Below are positions 9,805-19,292 of a DNA stretch of 64,000 nt, piece after piece; within the stretch, counting starts at the first letter, position 1; every line of letters begins with the position of its first letter. Below the pieces are notes generated by a model. That model saw nothing but the letters and a program-made list of their open reading frames with translations. It did no database searches and had not been told where the DNA came from. The stretch is from positions 1,949-65,948 of the forward strand of contig JBOFEG010000021.1 of the NCBI GenBank assembly GCA_051647685.1, given 5' to 3'. Source of the stretch: Chlamydiales bacterium (GTDB taxonomy: Bacteria > Chlamydiota > Chlamydiia > Chlamydiales > CALTSX01). The translations under genes and the position numbers were made by a program.

Positions 9805-10404
9805 TTACAAATTGATTTTTTTACGCACAATAGTGTTTAACCATCGACAAGTTGTAGAGGTGTCTAATTTCTGAGAAAGATGAATCCACTGATTTAATAT
9901 GACAAAACCTTTAAGGTGGAAAAAAAGCGTATCTTTATTCATATAAGTAAAAGTTCTATACCCGTCTTGTGATGTCCCTATTCCTTCTTTAAAAGAAAAT
10001 GCAAGAATACCTTCTGGCTTAAGGGCTTTTCGAAATTTTTCTATAACTATACTAATGGATTGAAGAGGCACATGTACTAAGGAAGCAGAAGCCCAAATAC
10101 CATCAAATTCTTCTAAAAACTCCATTTCCTCAAAAAACCCTTGTATAGCTGGGATTCTTAATTTTTCTTGAACATATTTAACCATGTTTTCTGCAGCATC
10201 AAATCCGAGAACTTCATATTGCTTCTTTTTAAATGCCAATAAATCCCGGCCTGGTCCACACCCAGCGTCAAGAATTTTAGATTTTTTAGGAAGATACTGT
10301 AAGAAATTTCTTCGAACCTGTTCCATATCTATAGAAAACGTTTTCTCAATATAATTGAAAATGTTCTTATTATAATATTCGATGGTTCTGTCATCAGTTC
10401 TCAT
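9805..10404 (-). CDS. class I SAM-dependent methyltransferase
   Basis: 199 aa with SAM-binding motif I, ILDAGCGPGRD, followed by an acidic residue at the end of strand 2 (LGFDAAE). Confidence 0.8.
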   Translation of the reverse strand: MRTDDRTIEYYNKNIFNYIEKTFSIDMEQVRRNFLQYLPKKSKILDAGCGPGRDLLAFKKKQYEVLGFDAAENMVKYVQEKLRIPAIQGFFEEMEFLEEFDGIWASASLVHVPLQSISIVIEKFRKALKPEGILAFSFKEGIGTSQDGYRTFTYMNKDTLFFHLKGFVILNQWIHLSQKLDTSTTCRWLNTIVRKKINL

Positions 10405-10759
10405 TATTAATGAACTCTTACCTAGATCTTTGTTCTTAAAGTCTCAAAGATATCGCATATGAATTTTACTAACAAGAATTGGTTATTATTTTTTTGAATG
10501 TAAAAAATTTGTCAATTTTTTGCTTCTTGCATTAGTTAAGAAGCGTAAGAAAAACATTAGTGTTTAATAATCAGAAATGGATAGCGATAATCTGATAAAT
10601 CAATATCCTTCTAAACAAAAAATAAGTTTATAAAAATTCAGCTCAATATGTAAAATATTTAATATGAATACATGGCGTTATGTACCAAGTTTATATTTTA
10701 GAAAGTTAATGCAGGTTAATTCAAAACTTTTAAAGTTGTCGATTTTTATATTCTTTCAT

Positions 10760-11444
10760 TTAGGTATCACAAATATTGTATTTGGGGTTGAACCCATAGT
10801 TATTTTTGATCCCAATATGAAGAGGAAGTGAGTTATATGTTAATGGAAATTTAATTAAGTTATCCTCAAAAATGATAAATCGGTGTTGATCTAAGTCTTC
10901 TATTTTCCTAGGCATTCCAAATTTATTAATATATTCGGATGTTGCAAATAAACTTAAACGCCAGCGCATAAGGGGAATTTATATTAAAAATGGTTCATTT
11001 TCCATATATGGTCTAATTGCGGCGTCAAATTCTCCTGCCTGTAAATCAAGTGGTGCATTGCTTCCTACAATTTCAAATTGAAGGTTTGGATAGACTTCGA
11101 TGAATTGATCTAAAAAGTGAGTAATCCAAGTAGAAATTAAAGCATGTGTTGATGTAAGGCGGAAGATACCTTTTATTTCTTCTTGGTCTTCTAAAAAAGC
11201 TTCTTCGATTGTTTTTAATTCAAAAAGAATGGGTCTAATTTTTTCTAACAAATAAGACCCAAAAGGAAGTTGGAATAAGACCTTGAGAAGATCGGATAAT
11301 AAGAGGTCTTTTTAAAAAAATTTCCAGTGATCGAAGTTGTCGACTAGCTGAGGATTTATCCATTTTTAAAAAATTAGCTGCATCGGAAAGATTTCGATAA
11401 CTAGCAATATAATAGAAAGTGTGTAACTGATCTAAGTTAATCAT
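10760..11444 (-). pseudogene. LysR-family transcriptional regulator, disrupted (one frameshift, one in-frame TAA, probable C-terminal truncation)
   Basis: Three consecutive track ORFs make up this gene. 11235..11444 is the HTH domain (LHTFYYIASYRNLSDAANFLKMDKSSASRQLRSLE). 10979..11251 and 10760..10969 are substrate-binding-domain pieces. The first junction reads through as ...GLIPTSFGSYLLEKIRPIL... if one T is removed near 11255. The second junction is an in-frame TAA at 10979..10981. Confidence 0.85.
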
Positions 11445-11479
11445 TGAAGAATGTAATCCATGTAGCTAACATAATAATA

Positions 11480-12643
11480 TTATAAATAATTTGTCATTCT
11501 TTTTAACGCATTTATTAAATTGTATATGTCTTCTTCCGTATTTTGATGTCCAATACTTAAACGAACTGTTCCATTAGGCAATGTCTTTAAAAATTTATGG
11601 ATTAGAGGAGCACAATGAATACCAGCTCGTGAACAAATATTATATTTTTTATCCAATTCGAACGCAACCTGACTTGAAATCATACCTTTAATATTAAAAG
11701 AGATAATGGGAACCTTACAAGCTATTATATTTGACCCATATAATGTAACATTATCTAACAGGGATAATTCCTGCCATATTTTTTCTGTATGTTTCAAAGC
11801 TTTTTTTTAATCTTGAGGAAAGTTTTTTCAATAATGTAATTTAATGACCCAAGAAGTCCTATGATACCGAGTGCATTAACTGTTCCTGCTTCAAATTTAA
11901 AAGGCATTAATTTGGGGTGCTCAAGTGAGATAGAGTTATTTCCTGGACTTCCTCCTTCTACATAAGAGCTAAGAATAGATGGATCCTTAATATAAAGAAA
12001 ACCTACACCAGTGGGGCCCAATAAAGTTTTATGACCTGTTCCTGCTAAAAAATCAACAGGATAATTTTTCCAGTCAATTTCTTCATACCCAAGAGTTTGG
12101 GTGGAATCAAAGAGAATTTTTATTTTATGAGTTTGGCAATAAGCAAAAGCTTCTCTAAAATCTGCTTTTACCCCTATAACATTTGAGGCACCAGTTGCAA
12201 TAAATAGAGATGTATTATCTTGAGCTCTTTTTTTGTATAAATTCTAAATCTACTATTCCTTGTTCATTAATGGGAATAACATCATATTTTATTCTTTTTT
12301 CTTGCTTCAATCGATCTAAAGGCCGCAATATAGCATTATGACTGTAACGACAAATAAGAACATGGTCATTTGGTTTCAGAAAATTTTTGATAACAATATT
12401 TAAACTATGCGTAGCATTCATTGTAAAGGAAATATGTGTAGTTTCTTGGATTTTTAGTAATTTTGCAAGTTTTTCGCGTGTTTCTTCAACCCACTGTTCA
12501 GCCTTTTGTGAGAGAAAATAGCTTCCTCTTCCTGGACTCACACCAAATTGTGTAAGGTAAGTTTTTATGCGTTCAAGAACTTCTACAGGTTTTGGAAATG
12601 AAGTAGATGCATGATCAAAATAATGCATAAGGAACCTTTCCAA
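11480..12643 (-). pseudogene. class V aminotransferase / cysteine desulfurase-like protein interrupted by two homopolymer frameshifts
   Basis: The N-terminal piece is 12215..12643 (MHYFDHASTSFPKP...). The middle frame, about 11794..12212, reads DNTSLFIATGASNVIG...FLAGTGHKTLLGPTGVGFLYIK and contains the PLP lysine in GHK. The C-terminal piece is 11480..11797 (SRAGIHCAPL, active-site Cys). The junctions fall in T7 (12228-12234) and T8 (11801-11808) on the + strand. Confidence 0.85.
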
Positions 12644-13143
12644 TCACTGCTGCAAGTTTTTCTCGACTCTGAGGAGAACGTTTCAGGTCAGTATAGGATT
12701 GCCAATCTGAAAGATCATCAATTTTAAGTTGTTCACAGATTAAGGTACGAAGGAAATGGGGAGGAACCTTATGTGGGTAAGTTGGATAATATACCATTTC
12801 ATTGGAAGAATTTTCAAAAAATAAATAAGTTCCATATTTACAATAATAATTAAAAAGACTGGCATATTCTTTTAGTCCAGTTCCTGGAAACTGTTGGGCA
12901 ATTCTAGAATGGATACAAATAGATGTGGGGAGGCAATGCAAGTGAAAATGTTCACAATGAATTTCAGTCGAAGAAGCTGCATGGCAGGATCCGGCTTTCC
13001 CATGTTCATAAAATTGGATAAGTGTCTGGTAGCAACACAAAGTTATTAGTTTCAAGTAGTACCATTCCTGCAATGGGTGAACAGAACAGGCAATTGCTGG
13101 ATGGAGTCTTCCCTTTATAAAAAGGGTCTGTATATGTTATCAC
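12615..13143 (-). pseudogene. HIT-like (histidine-triad motif) protein, apparently frameshifted
   Basis: Track ORF 12615..13073 contains HFHLHCLP (an HxHxHxx motif). Upstream in another frame I read AAGGAGG-N7-GTG (start at 13143), then ITYTDPFYKGKTPSSNCLFCSPIAGMVLLETNNFVLLPDTYPIL and a stop. That is a HIT/GalT-type CxxC N-terminus. The frames switch near 13005-13020. Confidence 0.45.
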
Positions 13144-13317
13144 AAATAACCTCCTTTAATTAGTAAATAAGAACAAAAAGTTATAATCAGAAAAAAAGTT
13201 GTTGTTACTTCGGATATTCCCGTTTTCTCCTTTAAAAAATAGTGAGCAGCATAACAATTAAGAAGAGCGACTGCATTTAGAATTGGCCATGCAATAAAGC
13301 TCATATCGCGAGTAATA

Positions 13318-13938
13318 CTAAAAAAAAGCTGATTGAGAAAAAAATGCTAAGCTCCCACGTAAAAATAAACCTTCTAGGGCTCTTATATTTAGACTTTGAA
13401 AATTGATAATAGGATTTTTCCTATATGGTATTCCTATTACAATTACCATTAATACGGTTCGCCAAAAAAGGACTCCTACCATAAATTTAGAAAAATCCTG
13501 CCACGTTCGAGTATAATCAGGTACATGAAAATAAGAATTAATTAATGCTTGAAAAACAAGGCTGATCATAAGAATATATGATACTTTTTTGTATAAGCTT
13601 CCATTTCTAAATGTAACGAGAGCTATTGGAAGAAAAGATAATGTAGTTAAGCTTATGAACAAGTAATCTTGGAAACAAAACTTGTGTGTTAAAAAGAAAA
13701 GAACAACAGGAATAAATAGATCGCATGTTTTACCAGATAACATCACATTGCGTATATTCATTTCGCGAAGAGATTTAGAAGCAGCATAAGCTGCAAACTG
13801 GGCTCCTATTCCACTGAAAATAATTCCAGGTTTAGTTAAAAAATTTAAAATTGATGAATCAAAATTATAAGAAAAGACACAGTTAATGATCGAAAAAAAT
13901 AGAGGAAATAAGGAATTTAATAAGATTCCCAATAACAA
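13318..13938 (-). CDS. multi-pass membrane protein, probably a decayed DMT/EamA-type transporter
   Basis: 206-aa hydrophobic ORF with a TTG start directly after an open but ATG-less upstream frame. Downstream (13150-13317), other frames continue with hydrophobic text: SFIAWPILNAVALL and NCYAAHYFLKEKTGISEVTTTFFLIITFCSYLLIKGG. This resembles an EamA C-terminus and implies at least one frameshift. Confidence 0.5.
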   Translation of the reverse strand: MLLGILLNSLFPLFFSIINCVFSYNFDSSILNFLTKPGIIFSGIGAQFAAYAASKSLREMNIRNVMLSGKTCDLFIPVVLFFLTHKFCFQDYLFISLTTLSFLPIALVTFRNGSLYKKVSYILMISLVFQALINSYFHVPDYTRTWQDFSKFMVGVLFWRTVLMVIVIGIPYRKNPIINFQSLNIRALEGLFLRGSLAFFSQSAFF

Positions 13939-14334
13939 TCTATATTGTTTGTCCGAAAAAAATGTCGATCGAAAATATTCAATGCAATCCGAGAAATAGC
14001 ACAGAAAAGGGAAGAAGAAACTGTAATTAGTAACACGGCTTGCCCTTACTTGTTTAGTTTTCTATGATGCAACTCATGTTTCGTTTTTTTGCAACGAGAA
14101 AATGAAAAATATATTTTGACTTAAGTCACCTTGGAAAGATTTATTCAGGTTCCACAAGATCAAACTGAGGGTCAAAAGTATCTAAAAGTAGAGTTTATTT
14201 ATATCGATCAGGTTGAGATTTATGGGCATCGGAGATTCAGTGGCTCGCATGACATCTATAAAGAGATTTATATAGTAGAGTTATTTTTATTTTAGGTTTT
14301 GATAAGATTAAATTAATATTAAGGAATTATCATA

Positions 14335-15026
14335 ATGATTAAATATCTAAGATTTATACTTTTCTTTTTGCCATCTGTAATTTTTTCTGAATATTATAGT
14401 CAATATGGTCAGGACCAATTTGTAAACGAAAATTTTTTCAAAAATCGTACAAAGGGAATTTTTGTTGATATTGGTGCTCATAATGGTATTTCCTTGAGTA
14501 ATACCTATTTTTTTGAAAAAGAACTCGATTGGACAGGAATTTGCATAGAGCCCATCCCACATGTATTCAAACAATTGCAAAAAAATAGAAATTGTTTATG
14601 CATATGTAGCTGCATCACAACGGAACATAATACTATACAACATTTCTTACAGATTTCAGGTTATCCTGAAATGTTATCAGGTCTAGTTGATAAATTTGAT
14701 AAAAGACATCTAGATCGCATTACCCATGAAATCAAGGAATCTGGGGGGCTTGCAAAGTCATTGATGTTGCTTGCTATAATCTCAATAGGATTTTAGAAAA
14801 AGCTAGAATTACTCATGTGCATTTTCTCAGTATCGATACAGAAGGGGGAGAATTTGAAATTCTACAAAATTTTGATTTCTCTAAATGTCAAGTTGATGTG
14901 ATCACAGTAGAAGATAATTACCAAACGCATTCTTTTATTCCTTTTTTAGAAAGCAGAGGCTTTGCATTTGTTACAGCGCTTGGGCAAGACCTAATATTTA
15001 TTAATAAAAAATTAAATTTAGAATAA
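14335..15026 (+). pseudogene. FkbM-family methyltransferase interrupted by a frameshift in a G6 tract
   Basis: ORF 14335..14796 has FVDIGAHNGISLSNTYFF...ICIEPIP, the FkbM SAM-binding region. From the G6 run (14743-14748) the -1 frame reads ACKVIDVACYNLNRILEKARITHVHFLSIDTEGGEFEIL and joins track ORF 14817..15026. A G7 tract would give one continuous ~229-aa protein. Confidence 0.8.
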
Positions 15027-15108
15027 AATTTCAAATAAATCTTTCTATGCAATTATGAAATAATAGCTTAGCTATTTACAATAGTATTCTCATTAGACGC
15101 TAAACTAG

Positions 15109-15696
15109 CTAGGAAGTTGTATGATTTGGAAGAAAGGGTTTAATTATTTCTTCACGTAATTCCTCGGAAATTTGTTCTTCTGGAAATATTTCTAGAGCAC
15201 TGAAAGCTATATGCGAGAAAAAATCTTGCCTATCAGATATTAAATATAAATGCATTAGCTGATGTATGATTTTTCTATCGATCTCTAACATATTTTTTTC
15301 TAAAACTACTAAGTCACAAGAGGGAAGAGGAACTAAATCAGCTTTATTTTCAATCCAATCCTCAAAGGATTGAATTTGGACAGCTTTTGCTGCAATGATT
15401 TGAGACATAATAATACTCGTACAAAATTGCATATCGACACCGTCATCCAATGCCTGTAGGAGAAGTTGTTTCATTAATGTTTTCTCTTTGTCTCTTTCAT
15501 CGATGGGTAATCGATAATTCCACTTCCATTTTGCAATATCGCGAGCGATTTGTAACCGGTTGTGTAATAAAGAAAAAATTTCCTGAATACATGCTTTATC
15601 CTCTCTGGTCAAACGTGCTTCGCCATGTTCCATAACAGAGGAGAATAAAGGATAAGTACACAGTAAATAGATAAGAATTTGTCTGATGCTATGCAT
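15109..15696 (-). CDS. AroQ-class chorismate mutase-like protein with signal peptide (secreted/periplasmic type)
   Basis: The N-terminal hydrophobic leader is MHSIRQILIYLLCTYPLFSS. The sequence then reads LTRED..IQEIFSLLHNRLQIARDIAKWKWNYRLPIDERDKEKTLMKQLL. The R...R...K...D(K/R)E spacing parallels the CM_2 active-site pattern. At 195 aa it fits periplasmic *AroQ proteins. Confidence 0.55.
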   Translation of the reverse strand: MHSIRQILIYLLCTYPLFSSVMEHGEARLTREDKACIQEIFSLLHNRLQIARDIAKWKWNYRLPIDERDKEKTLMKQLLLQALDDGVDMQFCTSIIMSQIIAAKAVQIQSFEDWIENKADLVPLPSCDLVVLEKNMLEIDRKIIHQLMHLYLISDRQDFFSHIAFSALEIFPEEQISEELREEIIKPFLPNHTTS

Positions 15697-15743
15697 AATA
15701 TTTAAGAATATTTGTTGAATTCAAAAAATAGCAAAAAATATTT

Positions 15744-17441
15744 TTATAGAACAGTTTTTTTTATCTCATCGAGGAAAACGATGATTTTATTTTGACATAC
15801 ATTGATAGCATGTTCTACCGAAGTAATATAAGGCTCTTGTGCCATTACATATATCTTTACTTTTGGTTCTGTTCCTGATGGTCTTATAACAATTTTTGTT
15901 TTGTCTTTTAATCGCAGCGATAATACATCAGATGTAGGAAATCCGCTTATTTCTTTTTTATAATCAAGCCATGAAATAATAGGTATACCACATAGATTCT
16001 CTGGAAAGGAAGTTCTAACTTTGTCCATGAATTTTTCCATTTGATTACCCTCTTGTGGAAAGCAAAGAGAGAGTTGCCTTTCTTGATATATCCCAAAGCG
16101 TTCGTATATTTCGTCTAGTAGATCCACAAGTGTAAGATCTCGTAGTTTCGCGTAGAGGGCAACTTCTGCAATTAAACAACTCATGGCAACTCCATCTTTA
16201 TCACGGCAGTAATCTCCATAAAGGTATCCGCATGATTCCTCTGCTCCGAATAAAAAATGATAGGCATCTGTTTCATCCCACTTACGAATTTTTTCTGCAA
16301 TATATTTAAATCCAGTAAGAACTTCAAAACTATGAATCAAGAAATGATCTGCTATTGCTCGAAGCAACTCTGTAGTCACAATAGTAAATACAATAGCACT
16401 ATTCTTAGGAAGAGTATGTGTATCTCTTAGGGAAATACAAATATAGTATAAAAGTAACGCGGCTACTTCATTGCCATTTAAATGTATATTTTTGCCGTTA
16501 TGTTGTACAACAACTGCCATCCTATCGGCATCCGGGTCTGTTGCAATTACAATATCACTACTTAATTTTTGTAGAAGATCTATACCAAGTTCCAACGTAG
16601 TAAGTTGCTCTGGATTTGGAGAGACAATGCTTGGAAAACTCCCATCTGGTTTCATCTGCTCTTGGACAAAATGTAAATTTGAAAATCCAAGCATCTTTAA
16701 TGCCGGAGGTACAAGTGTAACTCCTGTGCCATGCAGAGGAGTATATACAATTCGAAGGTGATTTCCTTCTGTAATGATCATATTTTGCCTAAATGTAAGA
16801 TTGGTAATGGCATCTAAATAAATTTTCTCAACATCTAGATTTAAGGATTGTATATACTGATTTGGAATCTTTCTCTGCTTAACCTGTGATAGGTATTTAA
16901 TTCGATGGATCTCGGATACAATATTTTCTAGATGAGGAGATAATACTTGCGCTCCGTCACTCCAGTATAATTTATATCCATTATACTCTTTCGGATTGTG
17001 TGATGCGGTAATCATAATCGCAAAGCTGCATTTATGAAATCGGCAAGCAAAGGAAATGAAAGGAGTGGGGCAAAGAGTGGATGAAATAAAAACATGAATA
17101 TGATTTGCTGAGAGTACAGAGGCTGCCTCTTCAGCGAATTCTTTAGAATGAATTCGGCTGTCATAACCAATTACAGCCGTATGCACTTTATTTGGATATT
17201 GTTTTTGTACATAATTTGCCACGCCTTGGGTTGTTCTGCGGATCGTATAACGGTTGATGCGGTTCGGGCCGATACCCATTAATCCACGGAGTCCTCCTGT
17301 ACCAAAAGACAATTCTGTATGAAATGCATTGTGTAATTCTTGTGGATTTGTTTTTTGTAGATCTTCGATGATTTTCTTAGTCTCGGAATCGTAATCGTCT
17401 TGTAGCCAGGTATCAATCCTTTTTTGAACTTTTACATTCAT
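15744..17441 (-). CDS. phosphoglucomutase/phosphomannomutase family (alpha-D-phosphohexomutase)
   Basis: 565 aa with the active-site loop TASHNPKEYNGYK, the metal-binding loop DPDADR and the sugar-binding segment GAEESCGY. Confidence 0.9.
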   Translation of the reverse strand: MNVKVQKRIDTWLQDDYDSETKKIIEDLQKTNPQELHNAFHTELSFGTGGLRGLMGIGPNRINRYTIRRTTQGVANYVQKQYPNKVHTAVIGYDSRIHSKEFAEEAASVLSANHIHVFISSTLCPTPFISFACRFHKCSFAIMITASHNPKEYNGYKLYWSDGAQVLSPHLENIVSEIHRIKYLSQVKQRKIPNQYIQSLNLDVEKIYLDAITNLTFRQNMIITEGNHLRIVYTPLHGTGVTLVPPALKMLGFSNLHFVQEQMKPDGSFPSIVSPNPEQLTTLELGIDLLQKLSSDIVIATDPDADRMAVVVQHNGKNIHLNGNEVAALLLYYICISLRDTHTLPKNSAIVFTIVTTELLRAIADHFLIHSFEVLTGFKYIAEKIRKWDETDAYHFLFGAEESCGYLYGDYCRDKDGVAMSCLIAEVALYAKLRDLTLVDLLDEIYERFGIYQERQLSLCFPQEGNQMEKFMDKVRTSFPENLCGIPIISWLDYKKEISGFPTSDVLSLRLKDKTKIVIRPSGTEPKVKIYVMAQEPYITSVEHAINVCQNKIIVFLDEIKKTVL

Positions 17442-17494
17442 ATAAACTTATAAAATGTAGCGATATTGAAATATTTATATCTATAGAAACCATA

Positions 17495-17920
17495 TTAAAG
17501 TTTTTCTTTTTTATCGATGATTTCCTCAAATGGAACTAAACTCGCATCTGGATGATTAATTCCCTCACAATAAGTGTTTTCTATGTCCCAGTGATCTTTA
17601 GATTCTAAAATTGCAGACCAAAAGGGGTAGCTCCGGCATTGCGCAGGTCTAGAAGTATAAACACTACACTTGCGATTTTTTAAAAAAATGCAATCAAAAG
17701 AAGAAGTGTCCTCAAGAAGAGAAATGCGCAATCCTATCCGTCGGGTGTATTTTCGCAAAAATGCTTCTACAGAAATTTGAAAATGTTGACTAAACCTTTC
17801 TAGATCTTCCTGGTTAAGCCACACGAATCCGGGAGTTCCGGAACAGCAGTCGCCACATCCAGTGCATTTGAAGCGCAATCCTTCTTTATACCAGGGTAAT
17901 TTACAGTCTGAATTGTTCAT
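17495..17920 (-). CDS. YkgJ/UPF0153-family cysteine-cluster protein
   Basis: CxxCxxCC motif (FKCTGCGDCCSG). The track ORF extends to 18256, but its first 112 aa overlap the metallophosphoesterase gene. The ATG at 17920 (MNNSDCKLPWY) is the plausible start. Confidence 0.7.
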   Translation of the reverse strand: MNNSDCKLPWYKEGLRFKCTGCGDCCSGTPGFVWLNQEDLERFSQHFQISVEAFLRKYTRRIGLRISLLEDTSSFDCIFLKNRKCSVYTSRPAQCRSYPFWSAILESKDHWDIENTYCEGINHPDASLVPFEEIIDKKEKL

Positions 17921-18785
17921 GAGAGAGTAGGATAAAAGAGCCGTTTTGTTGATTAATTCCATAAATATAAATCTGTAACATTTCTGGATGTAACTCCAAA
18001 ATATGGAAAGACCCATGTCTTTGATGGGAGAAACTTCCGCTATCCATAATGATTGGATAATCTGATTCTCGCAAGTCTGCAAGACAGCGTCTATGAGTAT
18101 GTCCGTGTAAATAGCATATAATAGAGGAAAATCGCTTAATAAGTTCTTGGAAAGCCGTGGCACGGCGCATAATGCGTCTATTATGCTCTTGAGTAAACAA
18201 TGGAAAATGATTTGCGATAATAACTCGAGAATCTTTTGGAAGTTCTTGTAACACACATTCGAGAGAATTCTCTAACTCCTCGCTAAAGATACCTGTCGAA
18301 TCCAGTAGATTAGCTGCTTTGGTTGTGTCGAGGCCAATTAGGTAGAAATTATACACCAAATGTTCTACAGTAATGCGATGGTCTTCCAAATTCCACTGTG
18401 GTAGAAAATCGGAGAATTGCTTAGGGAAATATTGATAAAAAATTCTATCATTGCAAGTTTGTTTAGTGTAGTGATCGTGGTTACCTGGAATCAAATAAGT
18501 CATCATATTAGCAGATTGAAGCTCATCGACGAGTTCTTTCGCCAGCATATACTCTTTCTCGAGCGACGTTGTAGTCATATCTCCCGTAATAACAATATGA
18601 GAGACTTTTTCATTGGACAAGAATTCTGGCAATAAAAAAGCATTTTTAGGATTGTATAGATTACGTCGGAAAAAAATAAGGTTAAGATTCCCAAACCATC
18701 GCTTAGAAAAAAACATTTTCGGAGACAGAGAAATTTTCGAAAAATGCAAGTCTGAAATATGAGCGATACGTAATGGATATCCCAA
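17901..18785 (-). CDS. calcineurin-like metallophosphoesterase
   Basis: 294 aa with the motifs ISDLHF, ITGDMT, GNHD and LHGHTH. Confidence 0.85.
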   Translation of the reverse strand: MGYPLRIAHISDLHFSKISLSPKMFFSKRWFGNLNLIFFRRNLYNPKNAFLLPEFLSNEKVSHIVITGDMTTTSLEKEYMLAKELVDELQSANMMTYLIPGNHDHYTKQTCNDRIFYQYFPKQFSDFLPQWNLEDHRITVEHLVYNFYLIGLDTTKAANLLDSTGIFSEELENSLECVLQELPKDSRVIIANHFPLFTQEHNRRIMRRATAFQELIKRFSSIICYLHGHTHRRCLADLRESDYPIIMDSGSFSHQRHGSFHILELHPEMLQIYIYGINQQNGSFILLSHEQFRL

Positions 18786-18832
18786 AAAAAATACATCCTT
18801 TTTATAGATAATTATAGCATCAGATTCCGTTT

Positions 18833-19183
18833 TTACGTAAGGTCTTTATTGTGGAATTTTTTTTTGGAGAAATACTTATATAGAGATTTTGCTTTTTCTA
18901 AAGTATAATATTTATACATCCCAATTTTTCTACGATTCATTTTTGTTACAGATTCCGGTACAGTTCGATGATCAACTTCATCTGGATTCTGAAATCTAGA
19001 GCGTTTTGAATGACTTTTAGACTTTTTTTTTCTTATAGATTCCGCAATCGACTTTATGTGAGAGGATGCCTTTGCAAATATATTTTTCTTTTGATCTGAC
19101 GAATTTTTCTTATAAAAGGCTCTAGTCGTATGTCTAATTTCTTTATTTCTCTGATGGTTAATGTGATGTGGTGAATTGTGCAT
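18833..19183 (-). CDS. hypothetical highly basic (Lys/Arg/His-rich) protein
   Basis: 116-aa ORF with no overlap to neighbours. It is strongly basic and of low complexity (KKKSKSHSKRSR). I recognise no family. Confidence 0.4.
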   Translation of the reverse strand: MHNSPHHINHQRNKEIRHTTRAFYKKNSSDQKKNIFAKASSHIKSIAESIRKKKSKSHSKRSRFQNPDEVDHRTVPESVTKMNRRKIGMYKYYTLEKAKSLYKYFSKKKFHNKDLT

Positions 19184-19292
19184 TTATATATTAATTTTAC
19201 TAGTTAATCTATTTTTTTATTAACTCTTAATGATAAAAAATACAATATATAAATATATTTTTTATTCTATAGAGGTAAATTGGGAGTCAGGA

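Noticed and set aside
10522-10544. Inverted repeat GCTTCTT-N9-AAGAAGC in the 10.4-10.76 kb gap
   Set aside because: No T-tract follows it on either strand in the orientation needed for a terminator. It may lie inside the decayed 3' end of the LysR pseudogene.
13258-13330. Discrepancy between my hand translation and the ORF track at the 3' end of ORF 13318..13938
   Set aside because: I read AGT where the track implies a stop codon at 13318-13320, next to an A-run. I attribute this to my own error in counting the homopolymer and have kept the track coordinates. The exact position of the frameshift(s) in this gene therefore needs computation.
16418-16761. Plus-strand ORFs 16418..16600 and 16471..16761 inside the phosphohexomutase gene
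   Set aside because: They are antisense to a confident CDS, with compositionally biased text and no motifs.
17921-18256. N-terminal 112 codons of track ORF 17495..18256
   Set aside because: This stretch overlaps the 3' third of the metallophosphoesterase gene in another frame. The YkgJ-type domain only begins after the ATG at 17920.
18575-18796. 73-aa ORF overlapping the 5' end of the metallophosphoesterase gene
   Set aside because: It is an alternative frame of a supported CDS, with no motifs.
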